Shown here: one piece after another, positions 38,189 through 47,957 of the stretch
How positions within the stretch are numbered: the first letter of the stretch is position 1
How the letters are laid out: each line of letters opens with the position of its first letter
Source of the DNA: a virus
DNA: 64,000 nucleotides
Direction: 5' to 3' (one strand)
Virus record (IMG/VR): IMGVR_UViG_3300040811_000687
Position numbers and translations under genes: made by a program
The notes under the pieces: model-generated
Database searches by the model: none
Seen by the model: the letters and a program-made list of their open reading frames with translations, nothing else
What the model was told of the DNA's origin: nothing

Positions 38189-39650
38189 AGATTACATAAC
38201 AGAGAATACAAAGTCACGTAAGGGTAAAGCAATGACAGTTGCTATCCTAACTATAAACGATTCAAATAAACCTAACAAGGATTCAACTGTTGAACTTATA
38301 GAAAAAGCTTGTATCAAAAAAAAGATCAAGTGTATTATAGTCAATACAAAAACAACCATTATTACAGGTAAAGATGAAGATAAGAACACCCTAACAGTGT
38401 TTAACTACGATGGTAAGAATGGTGAACATACTTTCGTAGGTAAAGATACTGCCTGTATAACAAGAGGTGGTGCAGTGGAAGACGAAGCTGGACTGTCTTT
38501 AATATCTGCCTTTCAAAATTCACAATCTTTTATGATGAATACAAGAGCTTCTATGCTTACTTGTGATAATAAATTAACATCAGCTTTACTATTTGAAAAA
38601 AATGGTATACCTACACCAAGAACTGCTTTTATATCTAACGAAAAAAATATAAAAACAGGTTTAGATTTAATTGGTGGTAAGTTTCCTGTCATATTAAAAA
38701 CACTAACAGGTACACAAGGTGTCGGTGTAGTTAAAATAGAAAGTTATGAAGGCCTGGTTGCTACTGTACAAGCTATGTGGAAATTAGGTGCTGAACTTTT
38801 AATACAAGAATTTATGGAAACAAAGTTTGATGTAAGAACTTTTGTAGTAGATAATAAAGTTATTGCAAGTACAAAAAGAGTACATAGCTCATATGACTTT
38901 AGATCAAATACACACAGAGGTGCCGAGGCAATGCCTTATATTTTAAGTGATGAAGAACACGAACTAGTTTTAAAAACTTCAAGAGCTTCAAAAGCATATA
39001 TGGTAGGAGTTGACCATATAGTAAACAATAAAAAACCATACATTTTAGAAATCAATGGTAGTCCAGGATCAGGTGCTGATTATCAAGGTTACCAATATAA
39101 AGATTATTATTCTGATCCAGAACCATCTGGTAGAATAGACGGTGAAAAAATGATGGAATATCTAGTAGATTATATATCAGATAGAACTAATTGGGACAGA
39201 CAATCTTTAGTAGAGAGTGGTTGGTTAGAAACGGTAGAACTAGAAGATGGTTTAAAAGTCAGAGCAAAATTTGATACAGGTAACGGTGCTAAAGCATGTG
39301 CTTTACACGCCGATGATATTTTAAGTAAAGACAAAATTGTTAAATGGACATATGATGGTAAAACTTATAGTAAACCAAGACATGGTATAAGTAAAGTATT
39401 CAGAGCAAATGCTGAAGGAGAAGAACCATCAGAAACAAGACCAACAATTCTTATGGATATTACATTTAATGGTTTTACATATAAAGATGTAGAAGTAGGT
39501 TTAGATAATAGACCAAGAGCACATTCCGATTTGTTGGTGAATCGTGAGATAATGAGACAAATGAACATTAGTGTCAACCCTAATAGAACGTTTGTATTAA
39601 GTAAAAGACTAAAGCCGGTTGACAAAGACTACGATAAAGATGAAGAATAA
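38169..39650 (+). CDS. RimK-like ATP-grasp ligase fused to a RimB-like/retropepsin-type protease domain
   Basis: FPVILKTLTGTQGVGV, LIQEF, FRSN.HRG, GVD, LEINGSPG; C-terminal GWLE...AKFDTGN..ALHA...RP. Confidence 0.85.
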   Translation: MQIPKFRDYITENTKSRKGKAMTVAILTINDSNKPNKDSTVELIEKACIKKKIKCIIVNTKTTIITGKDEDKNTLTVFNYDGKNGEHTFVGKDTACITRGGAVEDEAGLSLISAFQNSQSFMMNTRASMLTCDNKLTSALLFEKNGIPTPRTAFISNEKNIKTGLDLIGGKFPVILKTLTGTQGVGVVKIESYEGLVATVQAMWKLGAELLIQEFMETKFDVRTFVVDNKVIASTKRVHSSYDFRSNTHRGAEAMPYILSDEEHELVLKTSRASKAYMVGVDHIVNNKKPYILEINGSPGSGADYQGYQYKDYYSDPEPSGRIDGEKMMEYLVDYISDRTNWDRQSLVESGWLETVELEDGLKVRAKFDTGNGAKACALHADDILSKDKIVKWTYDGKTYSKPRHGISKVFRANAEGEEPSETRPTILMDITFNGFTYKDVEVGLDNRPRAHSDLLVNREIMRQMNISVNPNRTFVLSKRLKPVDKDYDKDEE

Positions 39651-39701
39651 CGCTTGCCTTTTGATAGGCAATCATATATAATTAACAACATAGGAGATAT
39701 T

Positions 39702-40007
39702 ATGGAAGAAGTGAAAATATTAAGACTATCTACAGGTGAAGATGTAATTGCCAAGGTAGGAGAAAACGATCAAGGCATAAGTTTAAAAAATCCATTCGTG
39801 ATTATACCTCAACAAAGAGGACCAGGACAACCAATACAATTAATGATGTCACTGTACAATGCCTTTGGTAAAAAAGATACGGTAACTGTTAGTAAAGACA
39901 AAGTTGTTTTTATGACAGAACCAAAAGATGAGATAAGATCATCTTACGAGCAAAACACAAGCTCAATCATAACAAAAAACAGTAAACTTATAACAGAAGC
40001 AACGTGA
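39702..40007 (+). CDS. Conserved hypothetical protein (possible Sm-like fold)
   Basis: VKILRLSTGEDVIA...LKNP; AGGAG RBS; upstream TTGCCT-N17-TATAAT promoter. Confidence 0.6.
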   Translation: MEEVKILRLSTGEDVIAKVGENDQGISLKNPFVIIPQQRGPGQPIQLMMSLYNAFGKKDTVTVSKDKVVFMTEPKDEIRSSYEQNTSSIITKNSKLITEAT

Positions 40008-40336
40008 TAACGGTAAATTTTATTAGGACAAATAATGAAAAAGTCCAAGTAAAAGTGCCACCAGGTTTCACTGTTATGGAGGCAGCCAAAGAGGCTGATC
40101 TAGAGGAGATTCCTGCTAGTTGTGGTGGTTGTTGTGCTTGTGGTACTTGTCACGTATATGTAAACAATGCCTGGATTGCCAAATTAGGTGAAATAGATTA
40201 TAATAGTACTGAACAATCAATATTAGAATATGAAAAATCTTATAAGAAAGGCATAAGCAGATTAAGTTGTCAACTATCATTAACAGAGGAACTTGACGGC
40301 ATAACTTTACATTTACTTGATGATGAACTTTTATAA
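40004..40336 (+). CDS. fdx: 2Fe-2S ferredoxin (adrenodoxin/ISC type)
   Basis: CGGCCACGTCHVY...SRLSCQ. Confidence 0.92.
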   Translation: MITVNFIRTNNEKVQVKVPPGFTVMEAAKEADLEEIPASCGGCCACGTCHVYVNNAWIAKLGEIDYNSTEQSILEYEKSYKKGISRLSCQLSLTEELDGITLHLLDDELL

Positions 40337-42812
40337 ATCAGTTATAGAACATAAAGGTAAACTTCTTGTTAGAGGTATACACGATGGCAAAGACTATAAA
40401 GAAAAGATAGATTTTGGTCCTACTCTATATTCTTTAACACAAAAAGATAGTAAGTTTAAAACATTAGATAATAGAAATCTAAATCCTATAAAATTTAAAA
40501 ACATCAATGACGCTAGAAGATTTAGACGTGATGTTGCAACTCAAAACTCTCCGATATATGGTCTAGAAAGATTTCATTATCAATATATCAACGAACAATT
40601 TCCAGAAAACATCAAGTGGGATAAAAAGTATATTAAAATATTTACAATAGATATTGAAACTACAGTAACAGATGGTTTTCCAGATGTAGAAAACCCTACC
40701 GAAGAAATAATTTGTATCACTGTTAAGAATCAAACTAACAAACAAATTCTAACGTGGGCTGCTGGAGATTTCAAAACAGATAGAACTGATATTACTTTTA
40801 TTAAATGTAAAAACGAAAACGTTTTACTTATGGAGTTTATGAAGTTTTGGCTTAAGAATTATCCAGATGTTGTTACTGGTTGGAATACTAAATTCTTTGA
40901 TTTACCTTACTTGATGAATAGAATTAAACTAGTTGCAGGTGAAAAGGTTGCAAATAAAATGTCGCCGTGGGGTATGATTGAAAAGATTGAAGTCATGGTA
41001 AGAGGTAGACCACAAACATCATATATTTTAAAAGGTACAGTGATGTTAGATTATCTTGATCTGTACAGATGGTTTATACCTACTAGACAAGAGAGTTATA
41101 AACTAGATTATATTGGTGAAGTAGAACTTGGTCAAAACAAAAACGTAAACCCTTATTCTACTTTCAGAGAATTTTATGAGAAAGACTTTCAAAAATTTAT
41201 TGATTATAACATACAAGACGTTGAGATTGTTGACGCATTAGAAGATAAACTTGGTTTAATTGAGTTAGCATTAACTGTTGCTTATGAATCTAAAGTAAAC
41301 TATGATGATATATTTTCACAAGTAAGAGTGTGGGATACTTTGATTGCTAATCATCTATTGGCAAAAAACATATGTATACCACCAAGAGAAGAACATAGTA
41401 AAGATACAAAATATGAAGGCGCTTATGTAAAAGACCCTATAGTTGGCCAGCACAAGTGGGTATGTTCTTTTGATATTAACTCACTATATCCACATATCAT
41501 TATACAATATAATATTTCTCCTGAAAAGATAATAGGTCAGGATAATTCTGGTATTTCTGTAAACAAAATGTTAAAACGTAATTTAGATTTATCTCATTTA
41601 AAAAATGAAAATGCCTGTGTTACACCTAACGGTGCAAAGTTTAAAAATGATAGTCAAGGTTTCCTACCTGAAATGATGGAAACAATGTACAATGAACGTG
41701 TGATCTATAAGAAAAGAATGATCAAGGCTAAAAAAGAATACGAGAAAACAAAAGAACCACATTTACTAAAAGAAATTGCAAGATGTCATAACATTCAATG
41801 GGCAAGAAAGATTGCTTTGAACTCAGCCTATGGTGCAGTTGGTAATCAATACTTTAGATTTTATGATGTAAGACAAGCAAGTGCTATTACAACAGCAGGT
41901 CAATTCATTATCAGATTCATTGAAGAAAAGGTCAATGGTTATATGAATAAGATATTAAAACAAGATGAAGACTTTGATTATATTGTTGCCTCTGATACAG
42001 ATTCAATCTATGTAACATTAGATAAACTAGTTGAGAAGACTTGTAAAGGTAAAGACAATGAACAAATATGTAACTTTATTGATAAGGTCGTTAACAGTAG
42101 ACTAGAGCCGTATATTGAAAAATGTTTTGATGAATTATCCGAATATACAAATGCATTTAAGAACTGTATGGTAATGAAACGTGAAGTAATTGCCAACAAA
42201 GGTATATGGGTTGCAAAGAAAAGATATATGTTAAACGTATTAGACGATGAGGGTGTAAGACTTTCTGACCCTAAACTAAAGATCATGGGTATTGAGGCAG
42301 TTAAATCATCTACACCACAAGTTTGCAGAGGTAAAATTAAAGAAGCAATCAAAATTATTATGAATAAAGATGAAGATACTTTACAAAAATTTATTGCTGA
42401 TTTTAAAACAGAGTTTAATACTCTATCTGCTGAAGCTATATCTTTTCCTAGATCATGTAATAATATTAAAAAGTATAAAAACCCAGCAACTATATTCAGT
42501 AAAGGTACACCGATACATGTAAAAGGTTCTTTGATATATAATCACAAACTAAAAGAACTTAAATTACATAAACAATATCCTTATATACGAGAGGGTGATA
42601 AGATTAAATTTTTAAAACTAATAGAAGCAAACCCATTTAGATTTGATGTGATTAGTTATATTACAACATTACCTAAAGAGTTTGAATTAGACAAATATAT
42701 AGATCGTGAAACACAATTTGAAAAAACATTCCTTGACCCTATGCGATTTATATTACAAGCAATAGGTTGGTCACAGGAAAAGAAAGCAAGTTTGGAGGCA
42801 TTTTTCGGATGA
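40323..42812 (+). CDS. gp43: Family B DNA polymerase gp43
   Basis: IDIET exonuclease, SFDINSLYP, KIALNSAYG, SDTDS, KKRY. Confidence 0.98.
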   Translation: MNFYKSVIEHKGKLLVRGIHDGKDYKEKIDFGPTLYSLTQKDSKFKTLDNRNLNPIKFKNINDARRFRRDVATQNSPIYGLERFHYQYINEQFPENIKWDKKYIKIFTIDIETTVTDGFPDVENPTEEIICITVKNQTNKQILTWAAGDFKTDRTDITFIKCKNENVLLMEFMKFWLKNYPDVVTGWNTKFFDLPYLMNRIKLVAGEKVANKMSPWGMIEKIEVMVRGRPQTSYILKGTVMLDYLDLYRWFIPTRQESYKLDYIGEVELGQNKNVNPYSTFREFYEKDFQKFIDYNIQDVEIVDALEDKLGLIELALTVAYESKVNYDDIFSQVRVWDTLIANHLLAKNICIPPREEHSKDTKYEGAYVKDPIVGQHKWVCSFDINSLYPHIIIQYNISPEKIIGQDNSGISVNKMLKRNLDLSHLKNENACVTPNGAKFKNDSQGFLPEMMETMYNERVIYKKRMIKAKKEYEKTKEPHLLKEIARCHNIQWARKIALNSAYGAVGNQYFRFYDVRQASAITTAGQFIIRFIEEKVNGYMNKILKQDEDFDYIVASDTDSIYVTLDKLVEKTCKGKDNEQICNFIDKVVNSRLEPYIEKCFDELSEYTNAFKNCMVMKREVIANKGIWVAKKRYMLNVLDDEGVRLSDPKLKIMGIEAVKSSTPQVCRGKIKEAIKIIMNKDEDTLQKFIADFKTEFNTLSAEAISFPRSCNNIKKYKNPATIFSKGTPIHVKGSLIYNHKLKELKLHKQYPYIREGDKIKFLKLIEANPFRFDVISYITTLPKEFELDKYIDRETQFEKTFLDPMRFILQAIGWSQEKKASLEAFFG

Positions 42813-43306
42813 AAAAATTTAAAGATAATATAAACGACTTTTTTAAATGGGTTAAAGGTACAGAATTAGTTGAACTAGATGACATTGATGTATCAGAGGA
42901 TCCTGTAAGACCTGAACTTACTCTTGGTTTTCGTATCATGCATGGCCGAAAAATATTTGGTCTAAAATATGATAATGAAATTGAGGCGATTGTTTGTGTT
43001 GCATATTGTCCTGAAGTACCATATACTGTAAGAGAAATGGATTACATGTCACAAGCTGCCAATCAAGACGGCCAAAGAGGTGAAATAATTGTAGCATATA
43101 CTGTATGGTCTCGTAAAAGAGGTGCAGGTAAAGAGATAATTAAAAAGTTAGCTGAGTATGCAAAACAAAATCATTTTAAAAGAGTGGTAACCTTATCGCC
43201 ATTAACACCAATGGCTACAAGTTTTCATATAAAAAATGGTGCAAAACAAATTAAAGTAAGTGAAGATACTCAAAATTTTGAATATGATCTCAACAAAAAA
43301 ATATAA
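42809..43306 (+). CDS. GNAT-like hypothetical protein
   Basis: AYTVWSRKRGAGKEII (acyl-CoA loop-like), TLSP...A..FH..NGA. Confidence 0.55.
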   Translation: MKKFKDNINDFFKWVKGTELVELDDIDVSEDPVRPELTLGFRIMHGRKIFGLKYDNEIEAIVCVAYCPEVPYTVREMDYMSQAANQDGQRGEIIVAYTVWSRKRGAGKEIIKKLAEYAKQNHFKRVVTLSPLTPMATSFHIKNGAKQIKVSEDTQNFEYDLNKKI

Positions 43307-43835
43307 TATAATCTACGCTGATCCTCCATGGCATTTTCAAAACTATAATAATGATAAGGCACAAACTAATCCTGCCAATCATTATCCTACTATGACAATG
43401 AAAGATATAGAAAATTTACCGATAGGTGACCTAGCAGACAAAGATTGTGTATTGTTTATGTGGTGTACCGATCCTTTACTACACAAACAAATACCATTGG
43501 TAGAGAAGTGGGGCTTTGAGTATAAGACAGTAGGTTTCACGTGGGCGAAGACGAATAAGAATAGAATAAACAATTACTTTTTCAAAGGTCCAGGATACTG
43601 GACTAGGGCCAACACCGAGACATGTATACTTGCAACAAAAGGTAAACCAAAAAGAGTTGATGGTAATGTAGATAGATTAGTTGTGAGTGAACGTAGAGAA
43701 CATAGCAGAAAACCAGATAGAATCAGAGACGATATAGTAAAATTATGTGGTGATTTGCCACGTATAGAACTATTTGCTAGAACTTCTATGCCTGGTTGGG
43801 ATGTATGGGGAAACCAGGTTGACAAATTTAGTTGA
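43284..43835 (+). CDS. MT-A70-family (N6-adenine) DNA methyltransferase
   Basis: YADPPW, LFMW, WGFEYKT, HSRKP, IELFAR, GWDVWGN. Confidence 0.92.
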   Translation: MISTKKYNIIYADPPWHFQNYNNDKAQTNPANHYPTMTMKDIENLPIGDLADKDCVLFMWCTDPLLHKQIPLVEKWGFEYKTVGFTWAKTNKNRINNYFFKGPGYWTRANTETCILATKGKPKRVDGNVDRLVVSERREHSRKPDRIRDDIVKLCGDLPRIELFARTSMPGWDVWGNQVDKFS

Positions 43836-43847
43836 ACGTGATATAAT
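43819..43847 (+). promoter_or_regulatory. Consensus sigma70 promoter (leaderless)
   Basis: TTGACA-N17-TATAAT with TGn; predicted +1 = 43854 = second ATG. Confidence 0.8.
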
Positions 43848-43853
43848 ATGAAG

Positions 43854-44951
43854 ATGAAAACATTAACAAATGATCAGGCCTTACACTGTGCCAATATATT
43901 CAATGACTATTTTGAAAAGTTTAGTCGTATAGATGAATATATGAGAGATCAAAAGTTATCTCAAATAATAGATGTACCATCTGCTTTGCCTGGTATGGGT
44001 CTAGAGGGTAGTATATTTTCTAATTTTGATATGTCGCCTAAAGATATGGACTTTGAAATACTAGAGCCAGATAATGAAACATATGATACATTATTAAACA
44101 TGACTTCTTCTCATACTAATATGTCAAGTGTACCTGGTAAAAATTTAAAGATTGCAGTAAGAGAAAAAAATAGTGGTCAATGGGTAGGTTTTATAAGATG
44201 TGGTTCTCCTGTTATAAACATGAAACCAAGAAACGATTTGTTAACTCATGTACCAGAATTAGTAAGTTTTAATAAGACTTCTATCATGGGATTTGTAATA
44301 GTACCAACTCAACCTTTCGGTTATAATTATCTAGGTGGTAAACTATTGGCTGCCATATGTTGTAGTCATACAATAAGAGAAAAACTAAATGTAAAATATG
44401 GTATGAATTTAGCATTGTTTGAGACTACAAGTTTATATGGTAATAGTAAATCATCTAGTCAATACGATGGTATGAAACCATATTTAAGATATAAAGGTTT
44501 AACTGATAGTGATTTTATACCTTTGATACATGGTAAACCTTTTCACGACCTTGCAACATTTGTTGAAAACAATGTAGGTAAACTTATTAAAGATGACGCC
44601 TCTAGTAGAAAGTTAAAACTAACTACAGCCATTATTGGTTTAGTAAAAAGAAGTTTAGACAAAAGTAATTTAGAAAGATTTAATACAACTATAAGTAATG
44701 CTAAGAAATTAACTGAAAGAAAAAGATATTATGTTAGTGACTATGGTATTAAGAACTATCTAGATGTAGTAAAAGATAACAAGACAAAAATTATTAAAGG
44801 TGAGAATTGGGATAAATTTAACCTAAATAATATCATAGATTGGTGGAAGAAAAAGGCCGAGTCTCGTTATAATAAACTGAAACAAGAAGATAGATTAAGG
44901 AGTGAGTTAGAGGTATGGACACCAGACGCAAAAATAGATATAATAAGATAA
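43854..44951 (+). CDS. DUF4338/DruA-family protein (probable Mom-like GNAT fold), paralog 2
   Basis: KPRN, IVPTQPFGYNYLGGKLLA, ETTSLYG, SQYDGMK, KGLT. Confidence 0.7.
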   Translation: MKTLTNDQALHCANIFNDYFEKFSRIDEYMRDQKLSQIIDVPSALPGMGLEGSIFSNFDMSPKDMDFEILEPDNETYDTLLNMTSSHTNMSSVPGKNLKIAVREKNSGQWVGFIRCGSPVINMKPRNDLLTHVPELVSFNKTSIMGFVIVPTQPFGYNYLGGKLLAAICCSHTIREKLNVKYGMNLALFETTSLYGNSKSSSQYDGMKPYLRYKGLTDSDFIPLIHGKPFHDLATFVENNVGKLIKDDASSRKLKLTTAIIGLVKRSLDKSNLERFNTTISNAKKLTERKRYYVSDYGIKNYLDVVKDNKTKIIKGENWDKFNLNNIIDWWKKKAESRYNKLKQEDRLRSELEVWTPDAKIDIIR

Positions 44952-45253
44952 TGGCTATTACAGAGGAATCATACAAAGACTTAAAAGAATATTGGGACTT
45001 TCAACGTATAAGAGAGTACAATTGGGAGAAACTATGTGAGGTTTGTGCTAACGTAGAATCAAACTTTGCATTTACAAATGGTAAATCTGGTGACGAGTTA
45101 AGAGATACATTATGGAATAAGATTGACCAATCTGAATTTGAAAAACCACCTAAAGATTGGGTACCACAAGACGAAAAATATAGGTTATGGAACGAGGGTG
45201 AGCCTAAACCTATAAAGATTAAATTTAAAGCAGTAAAAACAATACAAGCTTGA
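44951..45253 (+). CDS. Hypothetical protein
   Basis: MAITEESY..LKEYWDFQR...PPKDWVP; coupled to the upstream stop. Confidence 0.6.
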   Translation: MAITEESYKDLKEYWDFQRIREYNWEKLCEVCANVESNFAFTNGKSGDELRDTLWNKIDQSEFEKPPKDWVPQDEKYRLWNEGEPKPIKIKFKAVKTIQA

Positions 45254-45300
45254 CAAGATTGAACGGATATGTTATAGTAAGTGATAATTAAGGAGAAAAT

Positions 45301-46320
45301 ATGAGTGATTTTTTAAAAGATATAATTAAAGAGAGTGGCAATGAATATGCAGGTTTAGTAAGTGACGGTATGGATAGTGATGTTACAAGTTTTGTAGACA
45401 CAGGTTCGTATTCATTTAATGCTCTATTATCAGGATCAATATACGGTGGTATGCCAGCAAATAAGATTACTGCTATTGCAGGTGAGGCTGCTACAGGTAA
45501 AACATTCTTCGCATTAGGTATTGTAAAAGCATTTTTAGATAAAGACAAAGACGCAGGTGTTATCTATTTTGAATCAGAAAGTGCCGTATCAAAAGACATG
45601 ATTGAAAGTCGTGGTGTTGATGGTAAAAGAATGGTTGTAGTACCAGTTGCTACAGTACAAGAATTTAGAAATCAATCAATAAAAATTATAGACAAATATT
45701 TAGAACAACCAGAGGCGAAAAGAAAACCTATGATGTTTGTATTAGATAGTTTAGGTATGTTATCTACTACAAAAGAAATGGAAGACACGGCTGCTGGTAA
45801 AGAAACAAGAGATATGACTAGATCACAAATAGTCAAATCTACATTTAGAGTTTTAACATTGAAACTAGGTAAAGCAAATATACCTATGATTATGACCAAT
45901 CATACGTATGATGTTATTGGTTCAATGTTCCCTCAAAAAGAAATGGGAGGTGGTTCAGGATTAAAATACGCTGCCTCATCAATCATCTATTTAAGTAAAC
46001 GTAAAGAAAAAGACGGTACCGAAGTAGTTGGTAATATTATACATTGTAAAAATTACAAATCTAGATTAACAAAAGAAAACGCCATGATAGACGTTAAATT
46101 AACCTACAAACACGGACTTGATAAACATTATGGTCTTTTGGATATGGCTGAAGCAGCTGGTATCTTTAAGAAAGTATCAACAAGGTTTGAAACACCACAA
46201 GGTAAGGTGTTTGGTAAATCTATCAATGACGATCCAGAGAAGTATTTTACAAAAGAGATATTACAAAAAATAGATGAATACGCCAACAAAAAATTCAAAT
46301 ACGGATCAGACGAAGAATAA
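45301..46320 (+). CDS. uvsX: Recombinase UvsX
   Basis: [28 protein letters not shown]; upstream TTGACA-N17-TATAGT. Confidence 0.96.
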   Translation: MSDFLKDIIKESGNEYAGLVSDGMDSDVTSFVDTGSYSFNALLSGSIYGGMPANKITAIAGEAATGKTFFALGIVKAFLDKDKDAGVIYFESESAVSKDMIESRGVDGKRMVVVPVATVQEFRNQSIKIIDKYLEQPEAKRKPMMFVLDSLGMLSTTKEMEDTAAGKETRDMTRSQIVKSTFRVLTLKLGKANIPMIMTNHTYDVIGSMFPQKEMGGGSGLKYAASSIIYLSKRKEKDGTEVVGNIIHCKNYKSRLTKENAMIDVKLTYKHGLDKHYGLLDMAEAAGIFKKVSTRFETPQGKVFGKSINDDPEKYFTKEILQKIDEYANKKFKYGSDEE

Positions 46321-46597
46321 AAGGTACGTTTTTGCACAAAAGACAGGTGCAGATTACACGGCCATAAAATTGCTTGAGACGAAATACCGTAACGTAATCT
46401 ACAAGTATGGTAAGGTTAGATTTGCTAAAGAAGAAAAAGCAGATGGCACCTTGCCAATGAAGTTTGATTATGATATACTATCCAATCCAGAATCAAAAGA
46501 TATAGAAAGCCAAGAGTTTGTAGATTACATTGGTGACATATTATTAGAAGTAATGGAACAACAATTAAATGATGGAAAGGTAGAGTTTGGTGAATAA
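46274..46597 (+). CDS. Conserved protein at the gp40 position
   Basis: Between uvsX and gp41; IYKYGKV..IGDILLE. Confidence 0.55.
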   Translation: MNTPTKNSNTDQTKNKRYVFAQKTGADYTAIKLLETKYRNVIYKYGKVRFAKEEKADGTLPMKFDYDILSNPESKDIESQEFVDYIGDILLEVMEQQLNDGKVEFGE

Positions 46598-47957
46598 CGA
46601 AAGAATAGAACAAACAATATTAAGAAACTTAATGTACAATGAGTCGTACATGAGAAAGTCAATACCTTTTTTAAAAGATATATATTTTTCTAAAAGAGAA
46701 GAACATATTTTATTTTCAGAAATACATAAATTCATTGCAAAATATAATAATCTTCCTACTAAAGAAACTGTACTCGTTGAAATGGGTAACAGAAAAGACC
46801 TTAACGATGAAGAAGTTAGGTCAGTAAAAGATTTACTAGAAGTATTAAATCCTGAAGATGTTGATCAAAATTGGTTAATAGATACTACAGAAAAGTTTTG
46901 TAAAGACAGAGCAGTACACAACGCAGTACTAGAAGGTATTAAGATACTAGATAAGAAAGATAAAGAAAGATCGCCAGAGGCAATACCAAGTATATTGGCT
47001 GACGCCTTAGCAGTATCATTTGACAATCATATTGGTCACGATTATTTAAATGACAGTGAAGAAAGATATAACTGGTATCATACTAAAGAGAAAAAGTTTC
47101 AATTTGATTTAAGTTATTTCAACAAGATTACCAAAGGTGGTGTACCAAGTAAAACATTAAACATTGCTCTTGCAGGTACAGGTGTTGGTAAATCTTTGTT
47201 TATGTGTCACGTAGCTGCTAGTTTTCTTGCACAAGGCCAAAATGTATTGTACATAACTTTAGAAATGTCAGAGGAAAGAATTGCAGAAAGAATAGACGCT
47301 AATTTATTAGATGTAACTATGGACGATTTACATGCCTTACCTAAAGATGTATACAATGATAGACTAAAAAAAGTACAAGATAAAACTAAAGGTCAATTAA
47401 TTATTAAAGAATATCCAACAGCTTCTGCTCATAGTGGTCACTTTAGAGCATTGTTAAATGAACTTGCATTAAAGAAATCTTTTAAACCACAAGTGGTGTT
47501 TATTGATTATTTAAATATATGTTCATCAAGTAGATTTAAAGGTGGTAATATATCATCTTATTTTTATATTAAAGCCATCGCTGAAGAATTAAGAGGTCTA
47601 GCAGTAGAGTTTGATTTACCTATATTCAGTGCTACACAAACAACTAGAACTGGTTTTGTTTCTACAGATATTGGTCTAGAAGATACCTCTGAATCATTTG
47701 GTCTTCCGGCAACTGCTGACTTTATGTTTGCCTTGATGTCAAATGAAGAACTAGAACAACTAGGTCAGATGAAAGTAAAACAGTTGAAGAATAGATATAA
47801 TGATCCTTCTTTTCATAGATCATTTATTCTAGGTGTAGATAGATCAAAAATGAAATTATATGATGTAGAAAACAACGCACAAAATATAGTAGACAAGGGA
47901 ACTGAAACAAAAAAGGAAATAAATCCTTATGATAAGTTTTCAGATTTTAAAGTATAA
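46587..47957 (+). CDS. gp41: Replicative helicase gp41
   Basis: AGTGVGKSL, TLEM, IKEYPT, IDYLN, ESFGLPATAD. Confidence 0.96.
   Translation: MVNNERIEQTILRNLMYNESYMRKSIPFLKDIYFSKREEHILFSEIHKFIAKYNNLPTKETVLVEMGNRKDLNDEEVRSVKDLLEVLNPEDVDQNWLIDTTEKFCKDRAVHNAVLEGIKILDKKDKERSPEAIPSILADALAVSFDNHIGHDYLNDSEERYNWYHTKEKKFQFDLSYFNKITKGGVPSKTLNIALAGTGVGKSLFMCHVAASFLAQGQNVLYITLEMSEERIAERIDANLLDVTMDDLHALPKDVYNDRLKKVQDKTKGQLIIKEYPTASAHSGHFRALLNELALKKSFKPQVVFIDYLNICSSSRFKGGNISSYFYIKAIAEELRGLAVEFDLPIFSATQTTRTGFVSTDIGLEDTSESFGLPATADFMFALMSNEELEQLGQMKVKQLKNRYNDPSFHRSFILGVDRSKMKLYDVENNAQNIVDKGTETKKEINPYDKFSDFKV

Noticed and set aside
28013-44951. Druantia anti-phage system
   Set aside because: Only DruA-like (DUF4338) genes are present, dispersed among core phage genes; no large DruE helicase or other partners in the window.
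7597-47957. Introns or inteins in gp17, gp43, gp41, uvsW
   Set aside because: The ORFs are continuous, of normal length and lack intein or homing-domain insertions.
4379-47957. Stop-codon reassignment or suppressor tRNA
   Set aside because: Core genes are full length in code 11, TAA/TAG/TGA all terminate genes, and the tRNA anticodons are GCC, TCC and TGT.
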